From: Microbotryum violaceum | Lineage: Eukaryota | Length of the DNA stretch: 64,000 nt | Assembly: GCA_001244265.2 (NCBI GenBank) | Contig: CDLV01000005.1 | Coordinates: forward strand, 2,666,001 to 2,730,000 | Reading direction: 5' to 3' | Shown: positions 49,555 to 62,821 of the stretch, piece by piece | Layout: each line of letters opens with the position of its first letter | Numbering within the stretch: position 1 is the stretch's first letter | The notes under the pieces: model-generated | Seen by the model: only the letters and a program-made list of their open reading frames with translations | What the model was told of the DNA's origin: nothing | Database searches by the model: none | Position numbers and translations under genes: made by a program

Positions 49555-52001
49555 ATGCCCATCTCCCATCGCGGGCATCTCACGCGACCTGCGCCGCGTG
49601 GATTTTCTGCTCGCTCCCTTCCCTCGCCCGCACCCCTTCCGAACATCAACTTTGGGGCAGGTGCTAGCATGTTTCAACGCCGCAAGTCGTTCCAATCTGG
49701 GCCCTCGGCTTCCTCCTCGGCGCCCACGGGATCGACAAGCTCAGGAGCGAGCACTGTCCCAGGACCGCCCAAGAAGTTGGTTCAAGTGCTCACGACGCGC
49801 AAGACGGTGCTCGTGCCTTCGACACTCACCTCGACGAACCGACCCACCGTCAAGGCTGTGAATGGTAGTCCGTCTTCATCCAAAGTAGGCGTCAAGACGG
49901 CGGGTTCGTCGCTCAAGCACAGGGCCTCGAACGGTGCCTCAACTGTGGCCACGACGACGACATCGAGCAGCAGCAACAGCAGCAGCAGCAAAGCCAAGAA
50001 CTACAACTCGTCAGCCGGACCATCCTCATCGAGCGACAAGTCAGCAAGAGCAACCACGTCTGCTTCCAGCTCCAAGAAGCTCAACGGTGGCAGTGCGCAA
50101 TCGGCATCTCCAATCAAAAGGAGGGCCGGCGTCGAGGCCGTCGTTTCGGCCGAGGCAAACAAGCGCATCAAATCCGCATCCACTTCCCCGGCCCGATCTC
50201 AGGCCGCAAACAGAACCAAAACGAGGGCTACATCCTCAGCTCTCGCTCGGTCCTCCTCGGACGTCGATTCGTCCTCTTCTGCCGCGTCACTCAGCGAGGA
50301 GGAGGACGATTCGGACTCGTCAGATTTGGGGACGCCCAGAAATCGACGCCAGTCGACCCCGGTCGTAGAGCGAGACGTATATGATGGATCGGAAACGCCA
50401 ACAGAGGCGGATAAAGAGGGCACCTCGAAGAGGATCGATGCGTCCAAATTAATTATGCTTAGTCGGAGCGCTTACAGAGATTGTACGTTCTCCCTCGACC
50501 TTTGAAGAGCCTCGCTCACTTGGCTCACCTTCTCTTATCATTGAACGGCATGACAGATTTTATCGATCCTATTGATCCAGAAAAGTCGAATGTACAATGG
50601 TCGGGGAACGATATACCCACAATCGATTTAGAATACCCGGGAAACGGTAGCGAAAAGTCGGTCAGAGTTGCGCGCGCTACAACTAAGCAACAATAACACA
50701 GGAACTTACAAGACCGGATTATCTTCTGCACAGATTTTATCTGCTGGCACCCAAAAATGACAACGAATACGATCCCATCGAGGACGTCATGTCCGTCATT
50801 CGGACCGTCTTGGACGTGTTCCTAACGCCGCCCCAATCCCTCGGCCTTTTCGGCTACACCCCCGGTCTCAATTCGTTCTCAGCTTTCCTTTCGGCGCCTC
50901 CTTCTCGCTCAGTGACACCCGGAACACCCACCGATACGGGCACACCGTCTGCTGCTACATTTCCCACCTCGACCTTACCTCCCTTAATGCGACAGCTTGA
51001 GAAAGCCAAAGCGAAACGGGATGGGCCCGCGTTCATTGCCGCGATCGAGCGCTACAACGCCGGGATCAAGGAGTTGAAGGCTAATTCAATCATGAAACAA
51101 AATATTCAGGGATTGAAGGGTCTCAAGGAGAAGACCTGGACTAAGATCGCGGCGCAATCGTATGATCGAGCTGTCGGGCCTGGGTTGGACGAATTGAGCA
51201 AGTACGAGGCCTTCTCCGATAACGTTTACGGCGAGCTGTTGCCTAAATTTATGAGCGAAATGTAGGTCGGATGCGCATGCCTGCGGCTGTACTCTGAACT
51301 GATTGGTGATTCTATGATTGTGCAGCTTTCAAAAGACCAAACTCGGCCCCGGATCCGTCTTTGTCGACCTCGGTTCCGGCGTTGGCAACTGCGTTGTCCA
51401 AGCCGCTCTCGCAACTGGCTGCGAATCTTGGGGCTTCGAGAACATGGCACATGCGTCATCGCTCGCTCGGGCTCAAGTGGTCGAAGCTGAAACGAGGCAC
51501 AAGTTGTGGGGCGTTAGCGCGGGCAAGATGGAAGTTATCGAGGCCGATTTCTGTGAACATCCCTTGGTAGGCCAGGTTCTCAAAAGGGCTGACGTGATCC
51601 TCGTCAATAACGAAGTGTGAGCTTTACATCACGAAAATCTTTCTGCTTGGGCGTGCTGTTCCAGACTGACACGCTCGGCCCACTTGTACAGATTCTCCTC
51701 ACTCTTGAACCAGCGCCTCTCCCTTCTCTTCCTCGACCTAGCCTCCGGCACCCGCATCATATCTCTCAAAGCCTTCGCCCACTCATTCAATCTCTCAGCC
51801 CACAACCGACATTCCCCTCTAGCGATTCTTGACCAAGGACAACCTTTGACGTACGGGCGACAGAGCGTGAGTTGGAAAGAGGAAGGAGGCAAATACTTTA
51901 TTGGGCGAATCGATCGGGAGAAAGTGGCTAGGTTTGACGAGAAGGAGCGGAGGAGGAGGGAGAAGAGGGAGAAGGCGGAGACATTGAGGCACTCATCTTA
52001 G
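49555..52001 (+). CDS. DOT1: Histone H3K79 methyltransferase (start may be 49669)
   Basis: LEYPG..E|FYLLAPKNDNEYDPIED; YDRAVGP..LSKYEAFSDNVYGELLP; VFVDLGSGVGNCVVQAALATGCESWGFE; ADVILVNN; FLDL..GTRIISLK; SVSW. Confidence 0.95.
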
Positions 52002-52444
52002 CAATTGTCTTTTCTTCTTGTGAAAAAAAGGAGGGTGGAAAGAGGATAGGAGGAGAACGTGGTCTGAGGTCTTACAATTGACGGCATTCTTTAGTGCTCG
52101 GTGCCGTCGGAAAGAGGGAGCTTAGACGTGGATTGCTCTTCAACAGCCTACGCGCTTACGGTCGGCTAGCGATGCAATCAAAGCCCAGAGTTCTTGATGA
52201 ATCAACATTCTCGAGTGGACAGTGCTGTACTGAGAGCTTGCAATGCATAAACGGTGAAGGGGGTATGGGAACAGAAAGAAGACCAGACTTCTGGAGGTGG
52301 CACCAGTCGTAAGAGGGACCGGTCAAGAAAAGGGAAGCAAATGCCACGCTCATCATCACCCCACGCTGCTTCGAGTGAGCGGCTAATCCGAATGATACTA
52401 GAGACCAGTGTCCAAGAGTCTAAGGCGGTGTTGTGCCCAGCTTC

Positions 52445-55400
52445 TTACGCTACCCCGAAGAAGCGTGGCGAGTTCTCTACGAGCAACTCGATCATCTTGG
52501 CCTTGGCGCCCATGTCAGACCATTCCCTTTCGACGACTCGAGAACGCATGACCGTCGGCCCAAAGACGACGCCCAGATTGACAGGTGTCATCTTGTTCTC
52601 GGCGCTGCGCGAGTGCACCCGATGCAAGTGTTGGATCAGGCACCTCGCGGTCTTGTAGTGGACTTCGGGCATCTTGGCCAACGTCGCTTCAATCTTGGTC
52701 AATCGATCCTCGGGCGAGGGAATCTCGGTGCACGAGACGAATTCTTCGTGCAAGTCAAAGGTGAAGAGCGGGTCGGGCAAGCATCGGAAGTAGTTCTTGA
52801 GGCAGGAGGTGATGGCGGCCGGGTCGTTGAACTGGTTCCCGTCCTCGAGGTTGAAGTCTTGACCACTCTCGAACAATTGCGTAATGCGCTTCGTTTGCCC
52901 CATTCCACCCGACTTGCGGTAGATGCCTTCTTGGTACATACCAAAAACTTCGACGGCTGCGATGCATTTCGAGACGACCAAAGGAACCTCGCGATTCTCG
53001 GATCGTGCTTGCGCGGTCTAGATGAGGAAAACGGACACAAGAGTCCAGTCAGCTTCATGTTAGGTCAATTCGGTCCATCAAATAACTTACAAGATGATTG
53101 CCAAACATCCCCGAAAACTGCGACAGAAGCGTCATCGTGTCATCCGAAGCGAGAGCGGTGGAACCGTGTGAGCACGGCGTTAACAGGTAGGGGATGCACT
53201 TGGTGTGTGAGTAGCAACCACATCCAGTACATCGTACTTCGTTCAGCCCCCACATCTTGTCGCCACAGTATTCGCATCGGATGGGCCGCAGGATACTCGT
53301 CGGCTGGAATGCGTGTGAGCGAATGCCATGATCGATCGAGACCGAAGCCGAACGAGAATTTTGCGGTGATCGACTCGACCCAGCGGCGGCAGCGCCCGAG
53401 CCCATGTTGAGACCCATGACCGATCCCTTGCGATCGTGCGGGTCGCTGCTACCGGCTTGGAGTTGAGGACTACTGATCGATGCGGTCGTGACGGCTTTGG
53501 CCTTGCCCCATTTGAATTTCTTGACTATTGGGGCTTCCAAGCGCGCAACCGACTCGAGATCGCCAATGCTCGGAGACATGGATGGTCGAGGCAGGGCCAT
53601 CTTGCCCATGCTCGAGATACTGGCTGATGCATGGTGACCACTGGGGCCAGGGCTGGGGGACACGCGCAGCTTGCTCATCTGATCTCGGAGCGATTCGAGG
53701 AGCTTCGAGGCCTCGACTGTCTGCCCTTCGAGAGAAACGTGGCGAGCCTGCAGAGTCGCCGACTCGTCGATGAGGAACGATCGAGCGTCCTGCAGTGCGT
53801 CGACTTCCCGCGTCAACGCATCGCGCTGCTCGACCAAGGCCGTGATCTCAGCACGGTGTCGATCCTTGACCTCTTCCAATCGCTCGTTGAGGGCTTCGAC
53901 GATCCGATCGTTGGCAGTCTTCGTAGGAGATTCGGTTCCCTTCAACTCAGCCGCCTGGGCCGTTGAAAGCTCGACCTCGGCTCGCAAGGTCGAAAGTTGT
54001 CGTTCCGTAGCCACCACAGAGGACCGTAATTCCTGCGTCTGACTGCGCAAGCTCTCCCGCGTCTTCTGGTCTTGATCGACGTCGGCCAGCCGACGTGCCT
54101 GCTCGACAAACCTGGTTCGAAGTTCCTCGAGGCGGGATTCGACCTCGCGTCGAGTAGCGACCTCGCGATCGTATTCTTCGCGCGCCATGCTAAACCCTTC
54201 GAAAGCCGTTTTCGACGCTCTCTGCGATCCAAAAACATAATGCGGGTTCATCAGGTCTTGCCGCCTCAACACTGGTGACGGACTGCACTCACTCTGAATG
54301 CATCATACCGCGACTGCCATTCCTGCATCTCTTTTTTGGTCTCTTCCAATTCATTCAGAAGCATCTCGACGAGCTCGACATCGAGCGACGCGCCGCCAGT
54401 CTTGCCCTCCATCCCATCTCTCGACAACCGGATCGATTCCCTCACTTTGCGCGCGACGCTTCGCCCACCCGCGGTCGCGACGTCGCGAGAACTGTCAAAT
54501 TCGGCCCCTGCTAGATCAGGACTGAGGTGCTCGATCGCGTCCGAGGCTGTCGAGGCTTCCGAAGGTCCACGTCGTTGTGAATGCGTCTTCCCCTCGTCCA
54601 GCGATTTCCGTGGAGGTGTGGGACCATGACTCAACGAGTTCGATGCTGAATGATTGCGAGGCGAGGCGACGTGGTTGAGGAAGAGGAGGGTATCGGGGTC
54701 GTAGAAGGACATCGAGTTATGCAGGTCGGGTAAATAAGTCGAGCTCGGTGGATGCGCTGCGGCTGGAGGCTCATGCTGTGGAGCCGAGTATGGCAGCGCC
54801 TCTGTCGGATCTTCATTAACGTTATTCTCCTTGGCGGGAGATCGATCATCGTCCTCAACGGGCTCTTCCTCGTTCCCAATACGTTCGTACGCGACGTCCA
54901 AGTCATCGGTCGCGACCGGTGCAGCATCATCAATCGAGGGTCGCTGGGCGAAGCCATAGAACCCAGAGCGTCGGTTCATCTGCTTCTGCTCGGCGTTGAT
55001 GGGCTGCAGGGTGCTCGACTCAGATTCGCGTCGCACCATGTACGCCGAAAAGGTTGGACTGGCGCCACCGGCATCATCGCTGGCCCCGACCGAGATCGCA
55101 GGGGACCGTTCTTGTGGCGGAATGGGGAGAGATGGCCGTGGAGGACGGTCTTTTGTGTCTGAGCTCAAGCGACCTCCCAGGGACGAGATGGCCGTTGTCG
55201 TGGCGGACGTTGGCAAAGGTGTATGCTGGGGCCTCCAATGCAGCGTTTGTGGTGACGAGTTGGGGCGCGACGTATCGTGGGAGTGGTATTGCTGTGTCGA
55301 AAATTCCTTGTCCTTGGGCGAAGGGGAGGTGTCGTAGCTACCTTGTTCGTAATCACCGCTTTTTCGAAGGGCAAAGTTCGACGACGAAGATGCCGACTTG

Positions 55401-56733
55401 GCATGCCCTCCTGAGCCAGAGCCGGAGGAGGTAGGGACCTGACTACCATTGATGGCTGCAATCGCCACCGCATGGGCGCGCTCACTGCGATCTTTGTCGC
55501 GTTCGGCTTTAGTCCGCCCAGCTTCCTTCTCCTTCTTCCTCCCCGCTCGGGCGGCCTTTTTGGCTTCTGTCTTTTTCCGCCCTTGCGCGATGCGCTCGTT
55601 GTGACAGGCCATACACCAGATGCCCAGTTGAGTCTTTGCATAGGTCAGTCCCTCGATGCGTTCGGCGCAATGACAGCATCGAAAGCATTCGGTGTGATAG
55701 CTATGTTCACCTGGGTATGATGAGGGAGGAAATTGGCCGATTAAAGGGAAGACACTGAATGCTAGTAAACAGCTTTGCAATTGCGTACCTGTGACGACCG
55801 CCGAGTTGTCAATCGACTTGTGACAGGTGCTACAGATGTAGGAGCAGTTTTGGCATACGGGCAGGCCGTCCGAGAGCAAGAGGAGGTTCGTGTCGTGTTC
55901 GACAAGGTTGTTGCATTTTGCGCATCGGCTGGATGAGCAGCCGTTTGAATAGACTCGTTAGCATAGCGTTGCTTGGAAGATGCGGCGGAAGAGTGGGGTG
56001 GGACTCACAAGCTGCGCGTGTGGGGAACGAGCGGGGGAGGCAGGGAGCGAGGAGCGCACTGCGGGTCAGCAAAGGCTATCACAGAGGCGTGCGCAGCCAA
56101 GCCGAGACTCACCAGTCGACGCTGCACGTTGGAGAAGGGTGTCCATAGTGGGGTCAGCGGATCCGCAACGTCAAGGGAGCCCAGATACAAAGGCTGCAGC
56201 CCCTGTCGGGAGGAGGCAACGTCCGACGACGACGCGCGTTGAGGACTGACTGGTAGAGATATTTGCCACAGGTCACGACGGTGGAGTCGAGCGTTTGTTC
56301 GAGACCCAACTTGCAAGCTATGATCATGATGGAAACCGTTACGGGTCAGATCGGATAAGCGATCGGCCACGAGAACGTGCATGATTGTGTCGCGAGGGAG
56401 CCGGTGGCTGCTGCTGACACCCGCGCGACCCGGGTGTATGCGATGCCTGCAAGTCGACTTACAGTTGCAACTCGTCTGACGGTCTGGAAGGAATGGACTG
56501 GTTGGTGAAGATGGGGTCCTGTCCGGGGCGAACGAGGTGTCGTACGACATGGACGACGTCGACGCGCCACCACCTCCGCCTCCACCGGCAGCACCACCAC
56601 TCGGCTCGTGCGACATCGACGAAGCACTCGCTCCACGATGGTGACCACCACCGAGTACAGGCGTCGATGTCTGGCTCGGCAGAGAAGGTGGAACCGGCAA
56701 CGGTCTCGAGTAGGCCGCTGCGGAGGTCGTCAT
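52445..56733 (-). CDS. Rho GTPase-activating protein with 2 N-terminal LIM domains, coiled coil, C1 domain and RhoGAP (Rga-like)
   Basis: LIM CNSCK..HVDCFRCAKC..CQNC; second LIM YHTECFRCCHC..WCMACH; C1 HAFQ..RCEYCGDKMWG..CTGC..HTKC; GAP EGIYRKSG, LKNYFRCLPDPL, NKMTPVNLGVVFGPT. Confidence 0.93.
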
Positions 56734-59700
56734 CGCGTCTGTTGCGGGGTGATCGTTGAGTCGTCGACCGCGATCAGTTCGGCACGTCGGGCTCAAGGGA
56801 GAGACGTGGCGTGCCGCACCCCGACACCAGCCGACGATGCGCAGGCGTGCGCGCGATATGAGCTGAGTCCGTACGACGGCGGTACGGCTACTAATCGATG
56901 CTGGCTCCGGCACACCGCGGGCCGAACTTCAGAAATTCGAAATGTTCCTCCAAATGCTCAATCGTGGTTGGGTCGTTCCGATTGCAAGCCAAGAAGATGA
57001 AAACAGGGATGCGTCTCAGAAAGCTCCGAGTCTGCAAAAGGAAAAATGGGACGATCGCCGAAGCCGTCAACCAGGCGTAGACAAGGAATATAAGTTCTAC
57101 AATCAAGCCTGGAAAGAGAAGAACGCAACAACAGGGCATAGATGAGCTTTGTGACTGTTGCCATAGAATTTAATTTCTGGTTCAAGCGAATTCCTTTTTT
57201 AAAACTCACCTCCGCGACTGAACTCCTTGGCTCGTCAAGTAGACGAAGGCGAAGCATTTTCGTGACCCGGACTTTGACTGGGGTTACTCTGCCCGCCACA
57301 GCAGAGCTTCCTGCGTTTCTTGCAATTGCTTCGCGCCGCACTGATTGGCATCGGCAACGGCGATCGCAGGTACCCGTCTCACATCAGCGCGACCCGACAC
57401 CGAGCATAGATTTACCGGGCCAGTCATGCCGCAAAAGGCATGGGCTCCGAGTCTCGCCACACCAAGGACGAAGAGAATGGCAAGGTTTCACGTAGCAACA
57501 GGGAACCGTTGCATTGGTCGACATGGAACCCAGGAAGGAAAGAGGATGGTTTCGACTCGAAATCGCAATTATATTATTAACCGAGCCGCGCTTGCCAAGT
57601 CGGTGCGGTCCCGCATTTGACTCCTCTATTCGACTAATACAGTCACCACCAAGACCCTCGGAACTCTCAGCGGTCTCTTCAACAGCTCGAAATTGAACGG
57701 TTTATTTCAAAGTCAAAGGAAAGAAGCCGCTAGCTCCAAAAATTTCCCCGACGGTTCACGCTCGACCGATCGAGAGGGAGAGGGGCCCCTCGGGTCGAGA
57801 CGATCCTACTTGCGCTCAATTGTTCGTTGTTCGGGTTGAACTGTTGCCACAAGGTAGCGCAATCGTACTGGAGTCGGCGTAAGAAAATCCGAATCGTATA
57901 GCTGTTAAATATGTAGAGATATCTGGCCAGCCTTCCACGCAGTTGAACGTTAGTCTGCGCAATGACGAAAGGCAGGACGAGTTCTTAATATTAGAACCTA
58001 AAGCCGAGGCACGAGATACGTTTAGTACGAGAGCCGAGGATGATAGTAAAGACAGTTGGAGAAAGAAGAGAAGCGCAGAGTAGGAGCGCGCGAGGCAAGC
58101 AATAGCCGCGCGAGGCGACTAATATCAACAACTAGTAACTAATCATGATCGGTAATAGAAGTGGGATGAAACAGCAATATACACTCTGACACTTAATTCT
58201 TTTGGCCGAGCTCAACCCTCGGACTCACATACCTTTAATCCCGCGTATAGTGTGCGGCCACTCTATCCCTACCCCCGTGTAATTACCATGTGGTATCGAA
58301 CCCCTCGATAGTGAACGGTCGCGCGCTGCTCCATTCGACCCGCCGTGATCATCAAAAGGAGACTGACCTGACGAGTCTATGGCATTCGGCGCGCACATGC
58401 CTGAGACAAAAGCGGGGAGTATGATTGCCAGCACGGACCACAGCTTCACGAATAATCTATGATCCAATGAAAGTGCAATGTAGAATTTGGGATTTGTATC
58501 TGACACGATGTCTAGGAAGCCAAGGGAACCCGTCGGGGATGCCTTTGAACCCTTTTGGGCGTGCTCCAAGTCGAGCGAGATCACCGAACGTCTCTTGGCT
58601 GCAGTGGGACCCGCAATCGGCTCCTCTTCTCTGATGAGTATTACTCAACGGACACATACCGTAGCCTCGCCATAAACGCTATTTGAAGAACAACTCTGTG
58701 TGGCTGCTGCAAGATACCACAGCGCCGACGGAACGTGAGCTGCAGTGAGTCATCGCTGTTTTGGGCACCAGCTTGAGTTTCCACTCACCCATCTCTTTCG
58801 GCTTGTAAAGTCCCGAGACAAGATGTATACAGCTACTCGCCGGTGACACCTCTGTCAATACATCGGGGCTTCTAACCGATCGTTTATTCCGAGCTGTCCC
58901 GATCAACATCCTGGAAGGTTGGAACACATACTCCCTGAGCTGCAGTGGTCGATGCGATCGGCTCGTATTCTCATGGCCACGGTCGATGGAAGGGCCAGAA
59001 CGAGAGGCCGCATCATCGAATGAAGAGGGTAAGAGGAAGTGATGATTGAGAGCGAGGGAGGTCGGACCGCATCTCCCTCAGGCCGTTGTTGAGCCAACGC
59101 GTACATACACGTGGCGAAATAAAATTCCTCTTGGCTGAACAAGCTACCCAAGCGCATTGGAGGACCCAGCGAAAGCAATGGGTTTCCCGACGCGAGTTTG
59201 ATTGGAATTACAAACACCGAACAAGGCGGACGATGCGGTCAATCACGGGATTCAGGAGCTGTGGGGACTCGGGCCAACTTGAGGGCACGTGCCGTCTCCG
59301 CGAACGGTTTTTAGGAGACTCGATCCCGCGGCTCGGCCTCGTCATCCCCACACGGCTGATCCACGTGGGTTGAGTATCTTGATCTTAGATCTACGGCCTC
59401 CGCCCCGGCGCATCAAAGGACTACAGTCACGCGGTGCGATCATCTGAGAGCACATGCGCCCGTGGCGCGGGAACGATCACGAGTCAAGAATCGATAAATC
59501 CGATCCAACACTGCGTTCGGTATCACTGTATTGCACGAGTGCACACGAAAGAGGAAAGGGTCTAGAAACTTTGAAGAGCTAAAAACGCATAAACGGGGGG
59601 GCATGACCGAGGGATAGATATACAACAAAAAGGCGGATCGAGTGTCGTGGGTTCGAAAAACGAAGATACAAACAGCTGCTGCGATGAACGAGGAGGAACG

Positions 59701-59814
59701 AAGATGAACGAGGGGGCGGGACATCACGAAGCAGAGCGATCAGCAACACCGGCAACATCAAGAAAGGTAGCTCGTTGTTCCTGCGTTCGCTTTGTAGCTT
59801 CTGGCAACGGCAAT

Positions 59815-61884
59815 TTACTGTTGCTGCGGATATGCCTTTGCAACCGCATTCGCATCCGCCGCCATCGCCGATCGTAGTGCCTCCCTCGCCTTCTCTTGGC
59901 ATGTCGCCTTAAGCTTCATTTCCGCGCACAAACCGTCGACGTCGAACTCATACTTGGCCCCTGGTGTGATGAAAGGGCATTCTGATGTGGTTGGTCCCTC
60001 TGACAGTGATGTCTCCGCCGTCGGTAAGCTTGCCGACACGACCGGACTCGGGCTCTTGACGAATGCGGCCAAGAGGTCATCGGGGGTCGACGTTGTGCCT
60101 GGCGCCCCGGGCGCGGGGGAAAGGCCAGTCGAAAGACCCGAGGTGTTGAACAAGGCATCGAATTCGGTAAGTGATGTCAGATCCGTCGTGCCGAACGAAT
60201 CACGGTACGCCGTGAACAGATCAGTCGTTGACATGCCGGGAAGCGACGACATGCGCGTCGATGCTCCGGATGCTGAAGACGAGCCTGCAAGCGTCGAGGC
60301 GGGCGACGCACCCGACGACAGCGAGCCGAGGAAGATCTGCTCGTCCAAAGAAAGCTGTCGATTTGTGGCATCGTACGTCGGGGGCGAGAAGCCGAGCGGC
60401 GAGGCGGACGACGAACCAGACGGATGTTGGGGGTACGAGCTCTGCTGCGGCAAGGCGAACGCGGACGGGCTCGTGTTGAAGACAGGAGCCGAGGTTGGCA
60501 AGTTCGACGTAAGGAAGCCGTTCGCGTCGAAAGGGTTCGAGGTCTCTGACAGAGGTACACTTGAGGTCGACGCTGGGCTCGCGAAGGCCGATGTCCTCGT
60601 GAGGTCGTCTTGGTCGGTTGGGGGCGTAGGCGGCTTGAACTGGGGGGCGCTCGACATGGTCGCCGAGTTCGAGACGTCCTTTGCGTAGCTGAAAGAAAAG
60701 GCCGTCTCGTAGACCTTGAGGCGCTCATTCTCGTCCTGTAGCCTCTCCATGAGCTGCTTCAAGGCAGCGTTTTCGGCCGCTTTCGCGGACGATTCTTGCT
60801 CGAGGCTCAACACGCGATCTTCGAGATCTTTCAGGTGCTGTCCAACGAGCACGCCCAAGGGTCAGCACTTGTCCGATTGGACCCCTTGGTTGCGCTTGTC
60901 TCTCACCTTCTCCTTGCGCTCGCGGAACGCCCTCTGGGCCTTCCTGTTCTGATCCTTGCGCTTGTCGGTGGTCTTGTGCCCCTTGCCGCCCTTGCCGTCG
61001 TCTGCGTACGACATTGCCCATTAACAACACTGTCAGAAAAGAATGCACGGCTCAACTGACAGCAAGTCGCAGCAGACTGACCATCACTGTCGTTTTCGAT
61101 GTCCTCGTCGTCGGGGTGGGTGTGGTGCGACTCCTCTGCGCCACGGTTCGAAATAGTGCCCGAGCCTGTGGTCGAGGCACGACGATCCTTGAGGGCTGCG
61201 GTCGAGCTCTTGCTATCGGAGGCCTTGCGCTTCTCGTGCTGAGCCAGGGCCGTGGCGCGCGTCGGACTCATCTTGACGGGGGCCGCTGAGGCCTTGCTGG
61301 TCTCGAAGGAGGGAGCGCCCGTCGAGGATTGGCGCGACGAGGGCGCCGCATCCGATTCGGGCGAAGCCGACTCTGAGGCTTCGGGTGAGGAGAGCACGCC
61401 TAGGTTTTGGCCCGAGTAAGGCAAGTTGGGATTGAGCGAGAGCAATTTGGCGATGTCTTTGGTTTGATCAAAGCACAGGGAGCACAGGTCAGCACCGTAC
61501 AACAAAGAGAACTAGCCCACATGTGCGCTCATCGCTTTCACTCTTTGCCCCCCCTCCTGGGAAAGAAGCATCGCCGCCCCCGGCCCCCGCCTGCACGCTC
61601 CTGAATCCGCGGCGCGCGGAACTCGGGCATCGCCCTCTGCGCGCCAGCTGACCGGGCGCGGCGCAGTCGCGGCAGGCCGGGGTCGACGTGCACGAGGCCG
61701 TACGCGCTCGCACACGCACAGGCACGCCGAGTCAGGGCCCGGGAAAGAGGAAGGATGCGCTAGAGAAGAGGCATCGAAAGCGAAGCGCGACAGTGGAGGG
61801 TCGCGACGCACAGTTGTCCTGGTCATCGCCGAGGGGAAGGTTGCCCGCAGTGAGATTGAGGTTGGACCAATCGATCGTAGACAT
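59815..61884 (-). CDS. YAP1: Yap1/Pap1-like AP-1 bZIP transcription factor
   Basis: MSTIDWSNL..DN|YIAKLL..; KRKDQNRKAQRAFRERKEK|HLKDLEDRV (Yap-type basic region); C-terminal FDVDGLCAEMKLKATC. Confidence 0.85.
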
Positions 61885-62214
61885 GATTCTTCACGGATCG
61901 GTGCTGGAGGCGTCGCGGCGTCGCGGCGACGAGGACGAGCGGGTGTGGTGGGCTGTGGGTGGGCTGTGGTCGGCAGCGAGGCGTGCTTATGAAGCAAGTG
62001 GTCCCAGCGACGGCTCAGCGGTCGAGGCGGTACGCAGAGGGTGGGAGATGACAAGTGGGTTCGGCTCGGACGGTGGGTCTTTGAATACTGTCACCAATTG
62101 GTCGTGCTGGTGTTGTACTGGGTAGTACCGTCGATGCAGGGGATGCGGGTCCGGAGGATGCAAGAGGGCAACTAGCAGCTGATGTGCTCGCTCCACGCTG
62201 GACTCGCCTCCGTC

Positions 62215-62252
62215 AGCCTGAGCGAGCCTGAGCGAGCCTGAGCGAGCCCGAG
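62215..62252. repeat. 10-bp tandem repeat (AGCCTGAGCG, about 3.7 copies) in the YAP1/SNF2 divergent promoter region
   Basis: agcctgagcgagcctgagcgagcctgagcgagcccgag. Confidence 0.8.
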
Positions 62253-62821
62253 TGCCTCTGAGCTCCGTCCACGCCTTTACCAGGCTCGAGTTCGAACTCG
62301 GGGGCCAAGTATTTTCGTACCGCGCCTTCTTCGCCAGCAGCTATTCAGAAAACTACATTTGCTAGGGTGAGCGAAAGTGCGGCTCTTTATCATTGCCCAC
62401 ATATCCATCGGCCTCGCCGCTATCCTGAGGAGCAAGTGCGGATCTCCGCCAGCAACGGCGCCGCGGATTTCACACGAGCTCCGTGACGCATTGCTACGCA
62501 CAACGCGCTCGTCGGGCCGGGTGTATTGATCAGACAACGAAGAACATCATTTTAAAGGTGTCCTGAAATTTTCTTGCGCAACGATGCGCCGGACATCCCA
62601 CTTTTCGCTGACCAATAATACGCGCCGCGCCCTTTTCCCAGTTCAAAAGGGCTCGAGCGGCGAGCTGCCTGACGCCCTGACTCGGCTGGAGACGCCGCGC
62701 GTTGTCTCTCGCGGTAGGCACGGTTGGACCTCCTCCCGTCCCCCTTCCCGCGTACGACCGACCGGGTAGGAGTGCTGCAGCCTCGTCGGGCCCGATTTGT
62801 GAAGGACGGTCGTAGAACGCG

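Noticed and set aside
57700-59400. Possible decayed gene and LTR-like segment (TGTTG ~57842 to TGACA ~58190)
   Set aside because: Many stops, no TSD, no identifiable homology by eye
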